Shown here: piece by piece, positions 1-12,320 of the stretch
How positions within the stretch are numbered: position 1 is the stretch's first letter
Layout: the number at the start of each line of letters is the position of its first letter
Assembly: GCF_006345805.1 (NCBI RefSeq)
Contig: NC_043005.1
Coordinates: 72,478,001-72,542,000 of the forward strand
Source of the DNA: Octopus sinensis
Taxonomy: Eukaryota
DNA length: 64,000 nucleotides
Reading direction: 5' to 3'
Position numbers and translations under genes: made by a program
The notes under the pieces: model-generated
What the model was told of the DNA's origin: nothing
Database searches by the model: none
What the model saw: the letters and a program-made list of their open reading frames with translations, nothing else

Positions 1-1
1 C

Positions 2-215
2 CCCTGTGCTATCCGCCCACTACAAAAATCGAACTCAGGATACTTAGCAACATTACATCACAATTATTTTACCTCAGCAGGTCAAACTCTCTTTAATACC
101 ATAGCAAAACGCATCAAAACAGAAACAGATCCGATAAAATTCCAATATTGACTGGACAAATTTCTTTAAAAAATCCCAGACCAACCTCCTACATCCAGAT
201 ATGTTTCCAACATAT
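2..215 (+). mobile_element. 3' end of a CR1-type LINE (decayed ORF2 C-terminus), truncated by window start
   Basis: Frame 2 reads ...TLFNTIAKRIKTETDPIKFQY*LDKFL*KIPDQPPTSRY, matching the LFN.LP...FK..LDKFL..IPDQP tail typical of CR1-clade RT ORFs; in-frame stops. Confidence 0.75.
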
Positions 216-330
216 ATTATTGAATGACAAGGGAAATACTACATTTATATGTACATTTCATATGATTTTTGATTTTGATTTTGATTTTTCTAGTTTCAGC
301 TAATGAGCTGTGGCCATGCTGGGGCACCGC

Positions 331-450
331 CATTTATATATATATATATATATATAATGAGAGAGGGAGAGAGAGGAAGACAGATAGACAGACTGATAGA
401 TAGATAGATAGATAGATAGGTAGGTAGGTAGGTAGTTAGGTAGGTAGGTA
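331..450. repeat. Compound microsatellite (TA)n/(GA)n/(TAGA)n/(TAGG)n
   Basis: Visible tandem runs. Confidence 0.95.
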
Positions 451-846
451 AATAGATATACATATATGTACATTTTATATATACATATAATGTACATATA
501 AATATACTATTTCCCTTGTCATTCAATAATATACATGAACATGTGTATACACATGCATATATATTTAGATAGATAAATAGATAGATAGATAGATAGATAG
601 ATACACACATGCATATAATCCATACAGATATTAGTCTAACAACAAAGCGAAAGGTAGTACTAAATACATGGTGCACAGCATATTGTTTATTGAAACTGAA
701 TTATTTTCCTTGCAAACTGAATTTGATGTCACTGCATTCAATGTTTCTGTTTGATATTTTTTCTGGTTTATGTATATTGGGAAAGGTTAGGATTAGGGTT
801 TCTTGTGTTTTGTTTTTGTTTATGCTCTTTGTCATTGGGATCCTCT

Positions 847-1640
847 GAGAAAACAATATTCAATAAAGCTACACCATGCTACAATGAATCCCTGAAAGTG
901 AGTGGGTTTCAAAAATAGGAATACTTATCCAAAACCTCACAAACAAGCCATAAACCAAAGAAGTCCATTAAGAAGGAACACCACTAGGTGAAACCTGCCC
1001 ATTAGCCTAAATGTAGGGAGCAAAGTGGCAAAACACCTTCTTAATACGATTCACCAAGAAACTCTTTAATAAATAAAAAAACCACAAGCTACTATATAGA
1101 AACAACGTGAAAGTTAGCTACAGCCGCACAAAGATAAAACAAACAAAACATCCTATCTAAGTCATAAGCAAAAACATATGTTAAAACTCACAACCACATC
1201 CAAAACAGATACAACTACAATGAATCCAATCTTCATCTTTAAAGCGGAAATAATCAAAAATGTAAACTGCATGGCTGCAGTATTACAAGGAGGGTAAAGT
1301 ATCAAAAAATAAATTGGAGTCCCAAACAAAAATTTCAAGGCCAGATGTACATAACATATACACACCTTCCTATATATATATATGTGTGTGTGTTTGTGTA
1401 TACCCAGATATTAGTACAAATACAACATCTTCGTCAATACATATCTGGAATTTAAAAGAGAATATTATGAATGTCAACTGGATGATAATAGGTAGAATCA
1501 ACACTTATATAAATTATTCCATGATGTGCCCCCTATACACTAATGGAAAGTATAATATACCACTGTACCTAAGATGCTCGTTCAACAAGGGAACAAAATT
1601 GGTATCAGGCTGTGAAACCCATGATAAATTTGCTTTTTAG
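847..1640 (+). mobile_element. Decayed Penelope-like element: RT C-terminus plus GIY-YIG endonuclease
   Basis: Peptides EKTIFNKATPCYNESLKVSGF, YRNNVKVSYSR, K*IGVPNKNFKARCT*H and IWNLKENIMNVNWMIIGRINTYINYSMMCPL match PLE motifs (IFNKA.P.YN.AL..SG, NRNTVKVSYSC, YIG.T...FK.R...H, IW.LK......W.I.....Y....C.LC); stops and frameshifts present. Confidence 0.8.
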
Positions 1641-3125
1641 CAATGGTTTGGGCTATGAGCCCCTGATAATGCAACAGCAGCAGAAATAACAGTGAAGGCA
1701 CAACAATCTGAACAGAAATATAACATCAATACATATTAGCCCATGAAAGAGAAAAGTAGTTTAGAGACCCCATGCATAATAACACAACTGGATCACCACA
1801 ATATCTAATACATTTTTAGACTTCAGATAAAAAAAATAATACAATTTATGACTAATTTGACAGAAGAATAACTTGAAAATGGAACAACTAACAAATATAT
1901 CACAAACTTAATTAGCTACCTCAGATACAAAATATCAACTTTAGCAAAATGAGATATGAATGACATAACCAAGAGGCAGATATATGAGAATCATTAAACC
2001 AACGTATCATTAAGCTGTAAACAAATAACCAACCCTAGCGAGAGAGGAAACAGCTTAGAAAAATAACATGAGATTATGCAATAGACAGAGAAAATGATTG
2101 TTGAATTGGCCAATGAGAAATGATATACAGATAAACAATTTTAGAAGAAAATAAGAACAGGATCTGAAAAACGATATATAGATAAACAACAGTGGAACTG
2201 ATCAATAGAAGAACAGAATAATCAATGCATATAACAAAGACATCTTTAGCAACCTCAAATAGAAAATCACTTTTTATTAAGTAGACAGAATGGCAGCTTA
2301 GAAAAACAGGTTGAGATCACGCAATAGACAAGCAGAGACTGAATGACTACTGACTTGGCTAATGAGAAAAGATACACTGATTAAAAATTTCAGAAAAACA
2401 CGAGATGATTTAAAACTAAAAATTGATATACAAGCATTAGCAACACCAACTCATGGAAAACCCAAAACAGTCGGTAATATATTTAAAATATATTTAGTGT
2501 CCTCAAATAAGAAATCAGAATCTTTGAACTAGGGAGAATGACAGGTTTGACAGAACAGGATGTAAATGATGTAATCATGAGGCTAGCACACAGTAACTAC
2601 TGAACCAACCGATGAATAAGGGCTAATCAAATAATTCACATAAAACATAACACAGATTAGGAAACAGGATATAATTACATAATAGATAAGCAGAGAGAAA
2701 AATAACAGTAAAACGACCAATGGCAAAGGATATTCAGAGAAATTAGAAATAGCATAATATAAAAAAAATATACAGATGAACATCAATAGAGTTTACCTGT
2801 AAGAAATCTAGGAAAGCCAATGAAATGGCAAATGAACCAATAACCATAAAAAGCAGTCTAATTGATCAACATTGGAAAACAGGTAATATAAACAATAGAC
2901 ATAGAGAAAAGAAAGAACCTGCTCTGTTGTTTATAAAACTAGTCTAAATGCTGAAAGGGTATTAAAGATCAGAGTACAAGACTGGTACTTTATCTATTAA
3001 CTCAGAAAAGAAGAAAAGCAAAGCTGAGCTTGGTAGGATTTCAATTCATAGTGCAGAAATCTATAGCAATTATTTCTAAGCAGTCTGTTAAATGGTCTAA
3101 CAACTCTGCTGCTCTAAAAGTACAT

Positions 3126-3130
3126 ATGTA

Positions 3131-3207
<77 letters not shown>

Positions 3208-3227
3208 CTCTCTTCTCTCTCTCTCTC

Positions 3228-3276
<49 letters not shown>

Positions 3277-3470
3277 TATGCATACACATGTACATATATA
3301 TATGTACACACACACACACACATATATATATAGACATGCATGCATATATATATATAATATATATATATATATGCACACATATGCATACACATGTACATAT
3401 ATATATGTACACACACACACACACATATATATATAGACATGCATGCATATATATATATATATATATATAT
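3126..3470. repeat. Compound microsatellite (TATC)n(CT)n(TA)n with a duplicated ~102-bp TA/CA unit
   Basis: Unit gcacacatatgcatacacatgtac...agacatgcatgc occurs at ~3270 and ~3372. Confidence 0.9.
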
Positions 3471-4162
3471 ATAGCATATATGTATATAGATAAATAGACA
3501 GATACTTTTCAAGTCATTCTCTGGGCTGGTAGCTTTGTGCTGGTTACGCTATAATGAGGATGTCAATTAAAATTTCAGAGTCATTAGTACTAACGATATT
3601 TCTCCTCATTATGGGTATAATTTTGATTGATTAAAAATCATTTGCTCACTACATTAAGTATATTAACCTGCACTTAACTATGCGCTCTTCATGTAGACTG
3701 CCCCTTTGGGGAATTTTCCAGCATCGTTATTTCAGATTACCTAATTAATAAATTGTTTATGCTCTGTCGTATAATTCCATACAAATTTTGTCTATTTAAG
3801 ATATCAAACTTTACTCCCTTGCCTCTTATGTCGTAACTTCTTAATGCTAATGACTTTTTTTTTCCTTTATATTATCATCAATATACTTCCAGTTAACGTA
3901 GAACCATTTTCAGTTCACCTCATTAATTTGTACTTGAGTAAATAAATGCTTATTTAACTGCCTGAACTGAAGTATTAAAGCATTGTAGCATCTAGTTCTG
4001 GCATTTTACACTCCAAGTTCAAATCCCACACAGGACATGTATGCTTTTTTTGTCTTTTCAGGGATGATAAAATAAAGTAGTACTCAAATTCTAAGATTGA
4101 CATGATCAAGTAAAATTCCTCCACTCAAAATTGTTGATGTTGTGCCTAAATTGCAAACAATT

Positions 4163-4163
<1 letters not shown>

Positions 4164-4223
<60 letters not shown>

Positions 4224-4224
4224 C

Positions 4225-4283
<59 letters not shown>

Positions 4284-4340
4284 TATTACTATTATTATTA
4301 TTATTATGATTATTATGATTATTATCATCATTATCATTAT
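4164..4340. repeat. (CAT)n(TAT)n trinucleotide microsatellite
   Basis: Visible tandem runs; source of the poly-S/L/I/M ORFs. Confidence 0.95.
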
Positions 4341-4354
4341 TATGTTTTGAAAGG

Positions 4355-4790
4355 ATTGATGCTCTTTGTATTAGAATTGTTAGCACGTGGGGCAAAATGC
4401 TTAGCAGTATTTCGTCTACCATTACTTTCTGAGTTTAAATTCTGCCAAGGTCAACTTTGCCTTTCATCCTTTCAGGGGTCGATAAATTAAGTACCAGTTA
4501 TGCACTGGGGTCGATGTAATCGACTTAATCTGTTTGTCTGTCCTTGTTTTTCCCTTCTGTGTGTAGCGCCTTGTGGGCAGTAAAGAAATAAGAATTGTTA
4601 GCATGCCAGGCAAAATGCTCAGTGACACATCATGTCTTTACACTGAGAAAAAATTCCTGATTTTACTTCCCTTCATTTTGGAGTTGATAAAATTAGTACC
4701 ATTTGAGCACTGGGATCGGCATAATCAACTTAAACTCTTTGTGAAAACTGCTAGCCTTGTACCAAAATTTGAAACCATTATTATCATTAT
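4355..4790 (+). mobile_element. Two tandem copies of SINE family A (tRNA-derived)
   Basis: gttagca...ggcaaaatgcttagc...ttctgagtt(c/t)aaattc (B-box-like)...gcctttcatcctttc..gggtcgataa..aagtaccag; many similar copies in window. Confidence 0.85.
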
Positions 4791-5099
4791 CATTATTATT
4801 TAAGATGTCGCATAGTATCCAATATTGTGATATTGTTGTTTGAAGATATTGTGTCTACTGGGGGTTTGTACTGTCTGTCAAGTCATGGCAAGGACCTCAG
4901 ACTGACAGTATTTAACACAATATGCATGAAGTTCCAAGTAATGCCAATTTTTGCAATACATCTAGATTGTATGGTATTTCTAAAGTTTCCAGATGTTTCT
5001 TCAGCTTGGGTGGCATTGAACCCATTCAATTTTGTTTCCATGTCTTGGCAAGTGTCATCCTGACACGTAGGGCAAAAAACTCACTGTATACAATTATTG

Positions 5100-5345
5100 T
5101 TAACATTATTATTATTATTATTATTAACATTATTATTATTACTATTATAGTTATTATTATTCAGGCAGAAATGTTAGTGCACTGAAGTGCTTAGTGGCAT
5201 TTTGTTCACTTTCATGTTCTGAGTTCAAAATACACCTTTCATCTTTTTGGAGTTGATAAATTAAGCACTAGTGAAACATTGGGGTCGATGTAATCAACTG
5301 GTCCACTCCCCACAAGTTTGAGGGCTTGTGCTTCCAGTAGAAAGG
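5100..5345 (+). mobile_element. SINE family A copy
   Basis: Same body motifs as 4355-4790, with (TTA)n flanks. Confidence 0.8.
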
Positions 5346-5414
5346 ATTATTATTATTATTATTGTTATCATTCAGTAGTTTTATTTTTATAGCGTGCTTT
5401 CACTTCACTTATTA

Positions 5415-5467
<53 letters not shown>

Positions 5468-6019
5468 GAGTGAGCGAGCAGAGCATGCCATCAAAGTGAC
5501 ACTGGGGTAAAATATACGAAGCCCAGTATACCATCATGACTACCCGTCTGATAAGGGACACCAGGCACATGCATCACAACCATATGTGCGCGACATGGTG
5601 ATCTCATATCAAGATAAACAGCACATGACCTTGCAGGTGGAGCCCAGTTAGAATTTTCTTCAGATCGAGTAACCCATCCCGCTCAAAAGGTCCCTGAATA
5701 AGGGTTGTTTAAGGACGTTGAACGAAACACCCATGTTTCCAGAGGTGAATTATTCAAACCCCAAAGAATCCTTCTCAACACATGGCTATGATGCTCCCCC
5801 ACTACTTCTGCTCGTGATCAGAGATGCACATATCGTCAGCCACTAAGGGACATGCTCAACTGGTTACGGTCAAACAAATGACAAGCAAATCTGTGGTATT
5901 GAGCAGAATATTTGCTGTAGCCCATCTTTTATATCAAGACAAAACAATGTACGTGATAACACTTCCAATCAGTTAAGATCAGAAGCCATGAGAGCCACTG
6001 CCTGGTACTGCATCAGGGC

Positions 6020-6020
<1 letters not shown>
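5468..6020 (-). mobile_element. Family D ~550-bp interspersed repeat, full-length copy flanked on both sides by (TAA)n
   Basis: Homologous segments at 37735-38065, 43189-43450, 43756-44245 and 63170-63345; orientation inferred from the (AAT)n tail. Confidence 0.85.
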
Positions 6021-6071
<51 letters not shown>

Positions 6072-6150
6072 GTATGTGTGTAATTCTAATTGGAACAAAC
6101 AAAACAATCATCTGAAATGTATGTATTCATGTGTTCTTTTGTCTCTTCAG

Positions 6151-6280
6151 ATGAAGGTTGCCCTCATGCAGTGGTAAGAATATACTCCAACTCTCATGCA
6201 ATTAAGCCAGATCAGGAGCTCTGTGGTTCATGGAAACAAGGATATTCCTATGTAGTAAAATCCCACGCCATAAAATTGAG
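6151..6280 (+). CDS. Internal coding exon, CUB-domain-like segment (phase 1 in, phase 2 out)
   Basis: Strong acceptor tgttcttttgtctcttcag|, donor GAG|gtaagg; 130 nt open: (D)EGCPHAVVRIYSNSHAIKPDQELCGSWKQGYSYVVKSHAIKL(R), resembling the CUB C..D.V.IY...ELCG...S..N.L.L.F pattern; not repeat-derived. Confidence 0.65.
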
Positions 6281-6367
6281 GTAAGGGCCAATTAATTACA
6301 CAGTCTCTGGATTTTCTTTTCTTTATTATTTCCCATTTTACAAACTTGATTTTTTCCTATTTACTTA

Positions 6368-6406
<39 letters not shown>

Positions 6407-6877
6407 GCATGTATGTAATATACCCTGTATATAAACTGTATATAATATATATATATATACACACACACATATATATATATACACACACACATATATATAT
6501 ATACACACACATATATATACATATATATAAATATATATATAATCTTCTCTGTTTTCCTCGCATACTGTTTTTCTCTGTTATCTTGGTGCGGTACGGTGGA
6601 TAAATTTAAGACTTTAGCTCTTATTTCTAGCAGGTGGATGCTTGTTAAGGATCCTTACTCTTTGTACAAATTTATAATTCATAGCTATTTAATGCTATTG
6701 TGCCTGCGATCCACCTATGTCAATGCTGGTGATATTATCAATCTTAAAATTTATCCAAAGATGATATGAACAGTAGTGACATCTGATTTCAAATCTCAGT
6801 GTTTGAATGTTTTGCTTTTGTATATATATATATATTTATATATATATAAATATATATATACATATATATATATATAT

Positions 6878-7128
6878 CATCATCATCGTTTAATGTCCAT
6901 TTTCCATGCTAGCATGGGTTGGACGGTTCAACTGGGGTCTGGGAAGCCAGTAGGCTGAGGCAGGCTCTAGTCTGATGTGGCAGTGTTTCTACAGCTGGAT
7001 GCCCTTCCTAACGCCAACCAATCCGTGAGTGAGTGTAGTGGGTGCTTTTTACGTGCCACCTGCACAGGTGCCAGACGAGGCTGGCAAACGGCCACGATTG
7101 GATGGTGCTTTTTACGTGCCAATATCAT
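6878..7128 (-). mobile_element. Family B (RTE LINE 3'-end) copy
   Basis: (CAT)n tail then cgtttaatgtccattttccatgctagcatgggttggacgg...ggatgcccttcctaacgccaacc; two 61-bp units. Confidence 0.85.
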
Positions 7129-7269
7129 TACTGAATATTGTGTATATGTTTGTGTATGTGAAAATTCTATATGTATGTGTATGTATTTGCCCATTTGTAT
7201 GTATATGTAAATCTATCATATACATATATATATATATATATAAATGAATTTATTTATATATGCAACATG

Positions 7270-7650
7270 ACACTCCGTCGGTTACAATGAGAGTTCCAGT
7301 TGATCCGATCAGTGGAACAGCCAACATGTGAAATTAACATGCAAGTGGCTGAGAACTCCACAGACATGTGTACCCATAATGTAGTCCTCAGGAAGATTCA
7401 GCATGACACAGAGTGTGATATGGCTGGCCTTTCAAAATACAGGTACAACAGAAACAGGGAGAAAGAGTGAGAGAAAGTTGTGGTGAAAGAGTGCAGCAGG
7501 ATTCGCCCCCCACCCCCACACCGCCAGAGACTCATGGAGCTTTTAGATATTTTCGCTCAATAAACAATTACAACAACCGGTCTGGGAATCAGGACCACAA
7601 TCATTCAACCACGAGTCCATATTGCCCTAATTACTGGGCCATTCTGCCTC
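7270..7650 (-). mobile_element. SINE family C copy (tRNA-like head) with its own 3' body
   Basis: ggagaaagagtgagagaaagttg...ggtctgggaatc...actgggccatt shared with 14740-15066 and 34145-34395. Confidence 0.75.
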
Positions 7651-7652
7651 CA

Positions 7653-7995
<343 letters not shown>

Positions 7996-8187
7996 TGTTT
8001 TTGTTGCCAACAGAAATTGGTGCTCCCTGAACTTTTTCCAAGCCATATTTATTCTAGCTACTGTATTTTTGGAACACCTACGCCGCTGGTAATCATGTCA
8101 CCTAGGTAACATAAGCCATCACCGGCCTCTAAGGGGACATGAATACATGGATATATTTACATAGTAATCCTTGTGTGTGCATGTTTA

Positions 8188-8221
<34 letters not shown>

Positions 8222-9339
8222 TTTATGATAAACACATATATATATATAATATATATATATATATAATATATATATATTATATTAATAAATAAATATTAAA
8301 CACTAGCTCTCTATTTTCCTCTCTTAATTTAATACGGATTATATACTTAATTATACCCATTGATTTAGGGACATTTTATTTCCCAGTGATATAAGGTATA
8401 GAACCAGTATTTTCTTGGATGTAATCATCCCTTCAAGGGGTTAATATATCCTCTAATTAACTTAAATATATACAGGAGCACAGGTAAATTTATGCAATCT
8501 TGCAAGCTTTGTAGAATTGCAGCAGTGCTGGAGAGTTGTCTTTGATTATTATTCTGGCTTTTTGCCTGTTAAGCTCTGGTCCTGTCGTGTTCAACTTTGC
8601 TTCTCATCCATTTGGATTTGACGGATGAAGTGCTAATCATATAGTGCAGCCAATGTGATTGAGTGTTCCCTCTCTCATTGAACTTCTAGCGTTGTGACTA
8701 TGTTGGGAGTGCTTTTTGTATATTAACAGATATATGAGTGTATAAGCGTCAATGATAATATAGATGCATTAACAATGACATCTACCAGCACCATCTGAAT
8801 CCAGATACATATGCAATGCCATCACAGAGTGTGTGTGTAAATGTATATAAATGAATATATGTGTGTGTGTAGGCACAGGCTTGGCTGTGTGGTAAGAAGG
8901 TCACTTCCCAACCTCGAGTAAGATTTACTCTCATTCACTCTCACTCACAGACATACACTCATTCATTCAATTTCACATAGCCATACACTCACACACACTA
9001 ATCTGAAAATAATATAAATGCAATAATAAAACTGAGAACATCCAGTTTACATTCACTCTCAGATGTGGATATACCATCGACGAGGTTGCAAAGGGCAATG
9101 AAAGGATTCTGATAGACCAACATGTTGATTAATTGATCAAACAATTAGTCAAAACATTGGATAGTTTATTGGTTAATTGGTTAACTTGGTGAGTACCTCT
9201 ACAGCAAGATAACTATTCATGTCTCTCTATTATACTTTAACCTCTCGTCACTTGGCATAAATCCACCCCACTAAATACTACTTGTCCATTAACTGAGGTG
9301 GCTGGAGCTTGTCATGTGAGTTATTTGGTGACCTCACTA

Positions 9340-9535
9340 GTGCTAGTGGCACATAAAGAACCCAGTACACTTTGTAAAGTAGTTGGTGTTAGGAAGGACA
9401 TCCAGTTGTAGAAACCATGCCAAAGCAGACACCAAGGTTTGGTGTAGTCATCTCATTCACCAGCTCCTATCAAACAGTCCATCCCATGCCAGCATTCAAA
9501 ATGGATGTTAAACAATGATGATGATGATGATGACA
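9340..9535 (+). mobile_element. Diverged family B (RTE tail) copy
   Basis: gttggtgttaggaagga catccag...atcccatgccagcat...aatgatgatgatg. Confidence 0.7.
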
Positions 9536-9814
9536 ATGAATATTTGAGGTCAAACCAGTGTAAGAGGGCTTTCTACTCTGCAGCATCAGTGTAATTGATC
9601 TCTTGTCCACAGGCTTATACCTATGGGATAGTCTTGTGGTCTTCGAATATTCTAAGAAGAAGGAGTGTTCATACAGTCCCTCCTTCCATGCTTATTGAGC
9701 CACATGTAAATGAAATACCTACAACCTGAACTCAAAATTATGATGTAGACTCAGGCCACAAGGAATTTACCATCTGCTATATTGTACTTGATACATCTTT
9801 ATCATTAGTATATT

Positions 9815-9973
9815 GGCTGTGTGGTTCAGAAGCTTCCTTTGCAGGTACATGGTTTTGGGTTCAGTCTCACTGTATGGTACCTTTGGCAAGTGTCTTCACT
9901 ATGGCTTCAGGTCAACCAATGCTTCATGAGTGAATTTGGTTGATGGAAACTCTGTAGAAGACCATTGTATACA

Positions 9974-10004
<31 letters not shown>

Positions 10005-10140
10005 TGTATCTGTGTGTGTTAGTGTATGCCCCCACCACCACCAACAACAGCAACCTCTTGGTAATTGGTTTAGTCTATTTACATCCCCATAATTAGCAAT
10101 TTGGCAAAGGACCTAAAGATTAAGTAACAGGCTTTTAAAA
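9815..10140 (+). mobile_element. Diverged SINE family E copy
   Basis: tggctgtgtggtt...gggttcagtctcactg...ggcaagtgtctt...central (TG)n...aagtaacaggctt. Confidence 0.7.
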
Positions 10141-10489
10141 ATATTAGTCTAGAAACCATGCCAAATCAGACTGGAGTTTGGTGCAACCCTCCAGCTTGCC
10201 AGCCTAGGTCAAACCATCAAACCCATGCCAGCATGGATAATGGGCATTAAATGATGACGATAATGATGAAGTCCTGGGGTTGATTATTTAGCTAAACCCT
10301 TCCAGGTGTTGTTCTAGTATGGCCAAAGTCCAATGGCTGAAAAAAAAGTAAACAAAACAGATATGTAACTTACACTGATGCCTTTGTTCCTTGCAATTAT
10401 CCTGCACAGTGTGACAAGGTGGCTATGAGTTTTAGTTTATTCTAGTTTATAACATTTTCAATATGAATTGATGAGGACACTTCTAAGAA

Positions 10490-10690
10490 GTTGCTAATCT
10501 TCTAGAAATAGCAACCAAATCACCTTTTGCCTTTCCCTTGGATAACATCAGTGGCTTGGAGAGGGAACACTGGTATGGGTGGCTGACTGCTGGTCTTCCA
10601 TAAAGAACCTTGCCCAGACTTATGCCTTGGAGGGTAACTTTCTAGGTGCAATCCCATGGTCAGTCATGACCGGAGGGGGTCACAACATAA
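10490..10690 (+). mobile_element. SINE-like repeat fragment (unassigned family)
   Basis: ctagaaatagcaaccaaatc motif recurs in reverse or partial form near 6625, 15830, 26440 and 46895. Confidence 0.45.
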
Positions 10691-10986
10691 GTATGAATGG
10701 ATGGAAAATGCGTATATATTTGGAAGTCATGATGGAGTACCGCCTTCTTGTATATGTACAGATATATATATATATATGAGAGACAGTGAAAGAAGTTATA
10801 TATAATCATGATGAATCTTAAATTATTTCCAACCTATATTCACTCGGAGAATGTCTGCAAATTTCTTCCTTTATTGAAATCTAGAAAATAAAAGAAGCAA
10901 ATATAGCAGGAGCCTACGTTATCTTCGTGTGTATGTCTGTGTATATCTGTGCGTATCTCTGTTTGTAATATATATTACAATATACA

Positions 10987-11050
<64 letters not shown>

Positions 11051-12033
11051 TAGCATTTTGAATGTCTTTCCATTAATTTCTTATGCAAAACTTAGATGAA
11101 GCATAAATAGAAGTTTAGACTCCATTTTGATTGATACCCCAGGTAACAGAAGTCTAGAGGGAATAGAAAATACAAAGACGTTTTTGGAATATACTGTCTG
11201 ACAATATAACATCAAGAACTATCAGTAGAATGGTTAATGTGCTAAAAGTTTCTCTGTAATAGATGGTGAGAGTACCAGGGGCAATTCTGTAAAAAGCATA
11301 TAATTATCGAAAGAAAATTGCAAATGAAAGAAAACGAAGAAAAAGAAAGAAAAAAAACAGACAGTAAGAAGTGGTATGAAAAAAACTGTGAAGAAATTAA
11401 ATCAAAGCACCATAATAAAAAAAAAAATGGAATAATATTGGTGAAGGAGAAAGAGAAAAGTTCATGTTGCAGTTAAAATAAATTATATGGAAAGTATTAA
11501 ATACCTAAGGGAATTTATATTTTTTATCGGAAGGGATTAGTTTATTTAAATCCTGGTATAGGAGCCACAAGAACAAATGGCAATCATTATAGATATGACC
11601 AGGGTTTTATGATAAATTCTGTGTTAGCGATTTCTCTGGTATTGGAATATAATAGAAAATAGATATATTCTAAAGTAATGTTTGATAACATGTTTAGTTC
11701 TTTTTTGTTTTTATTATTATTATTATTATTTATCAAGTGGTTTAGCTGTAGGAATGATGACACTCAGCCACAAAAATTGATATGCAGATATTGAAGTTTG
11801 AAAACCTATTACAACCACACCATCGTATCGAAATTAATAGAAAAGAGTTTAAAGAAAATTATATCCTATTGGGAAATTGAGCAGAGTCAAAAATTTGCAT
11901 TAGTCATAGAAAGGAGAATCGCAGCGACAGATCTAAGGTTCACAGAGAGAGAGAGAGAGAGAAAGAGAGAGAAGACAAAGTGCTACTAAAATTGGTAGAC
12001 TAGTAATAGTTTGCATCATAAGATATATATATA

Positions 12034-12320
12034 TATCCTAAACATATATATGTGTGTGTGTGTGTATAGATTTTATATGTGCTTGTGTGTATATATATAT
12101 ATATATATGCACATATACACTCACATATATCTTGTACAAAAATGCATATATATTTATGCACACATACACATATATGTACATATATATGTATATACATATT
12201 TACATCTATATATATGTGTGTGTATATATACATATGTATGTATATATCCTAAACATATATATGTGTGTGTGTGTGTATAGATTTTATATGTGCTTGTGTG
12301 TATATATATATATATAATAT
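12034..12320. repeat. Direct ~75-bp duplication inside a TA/TG microsatellite field
   Basis: tatcctaaacatatatatgtg...tagattttatatgtgcttgtgtg at ~12034 and ~12244, essentially identical. Confidence 0.9.
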
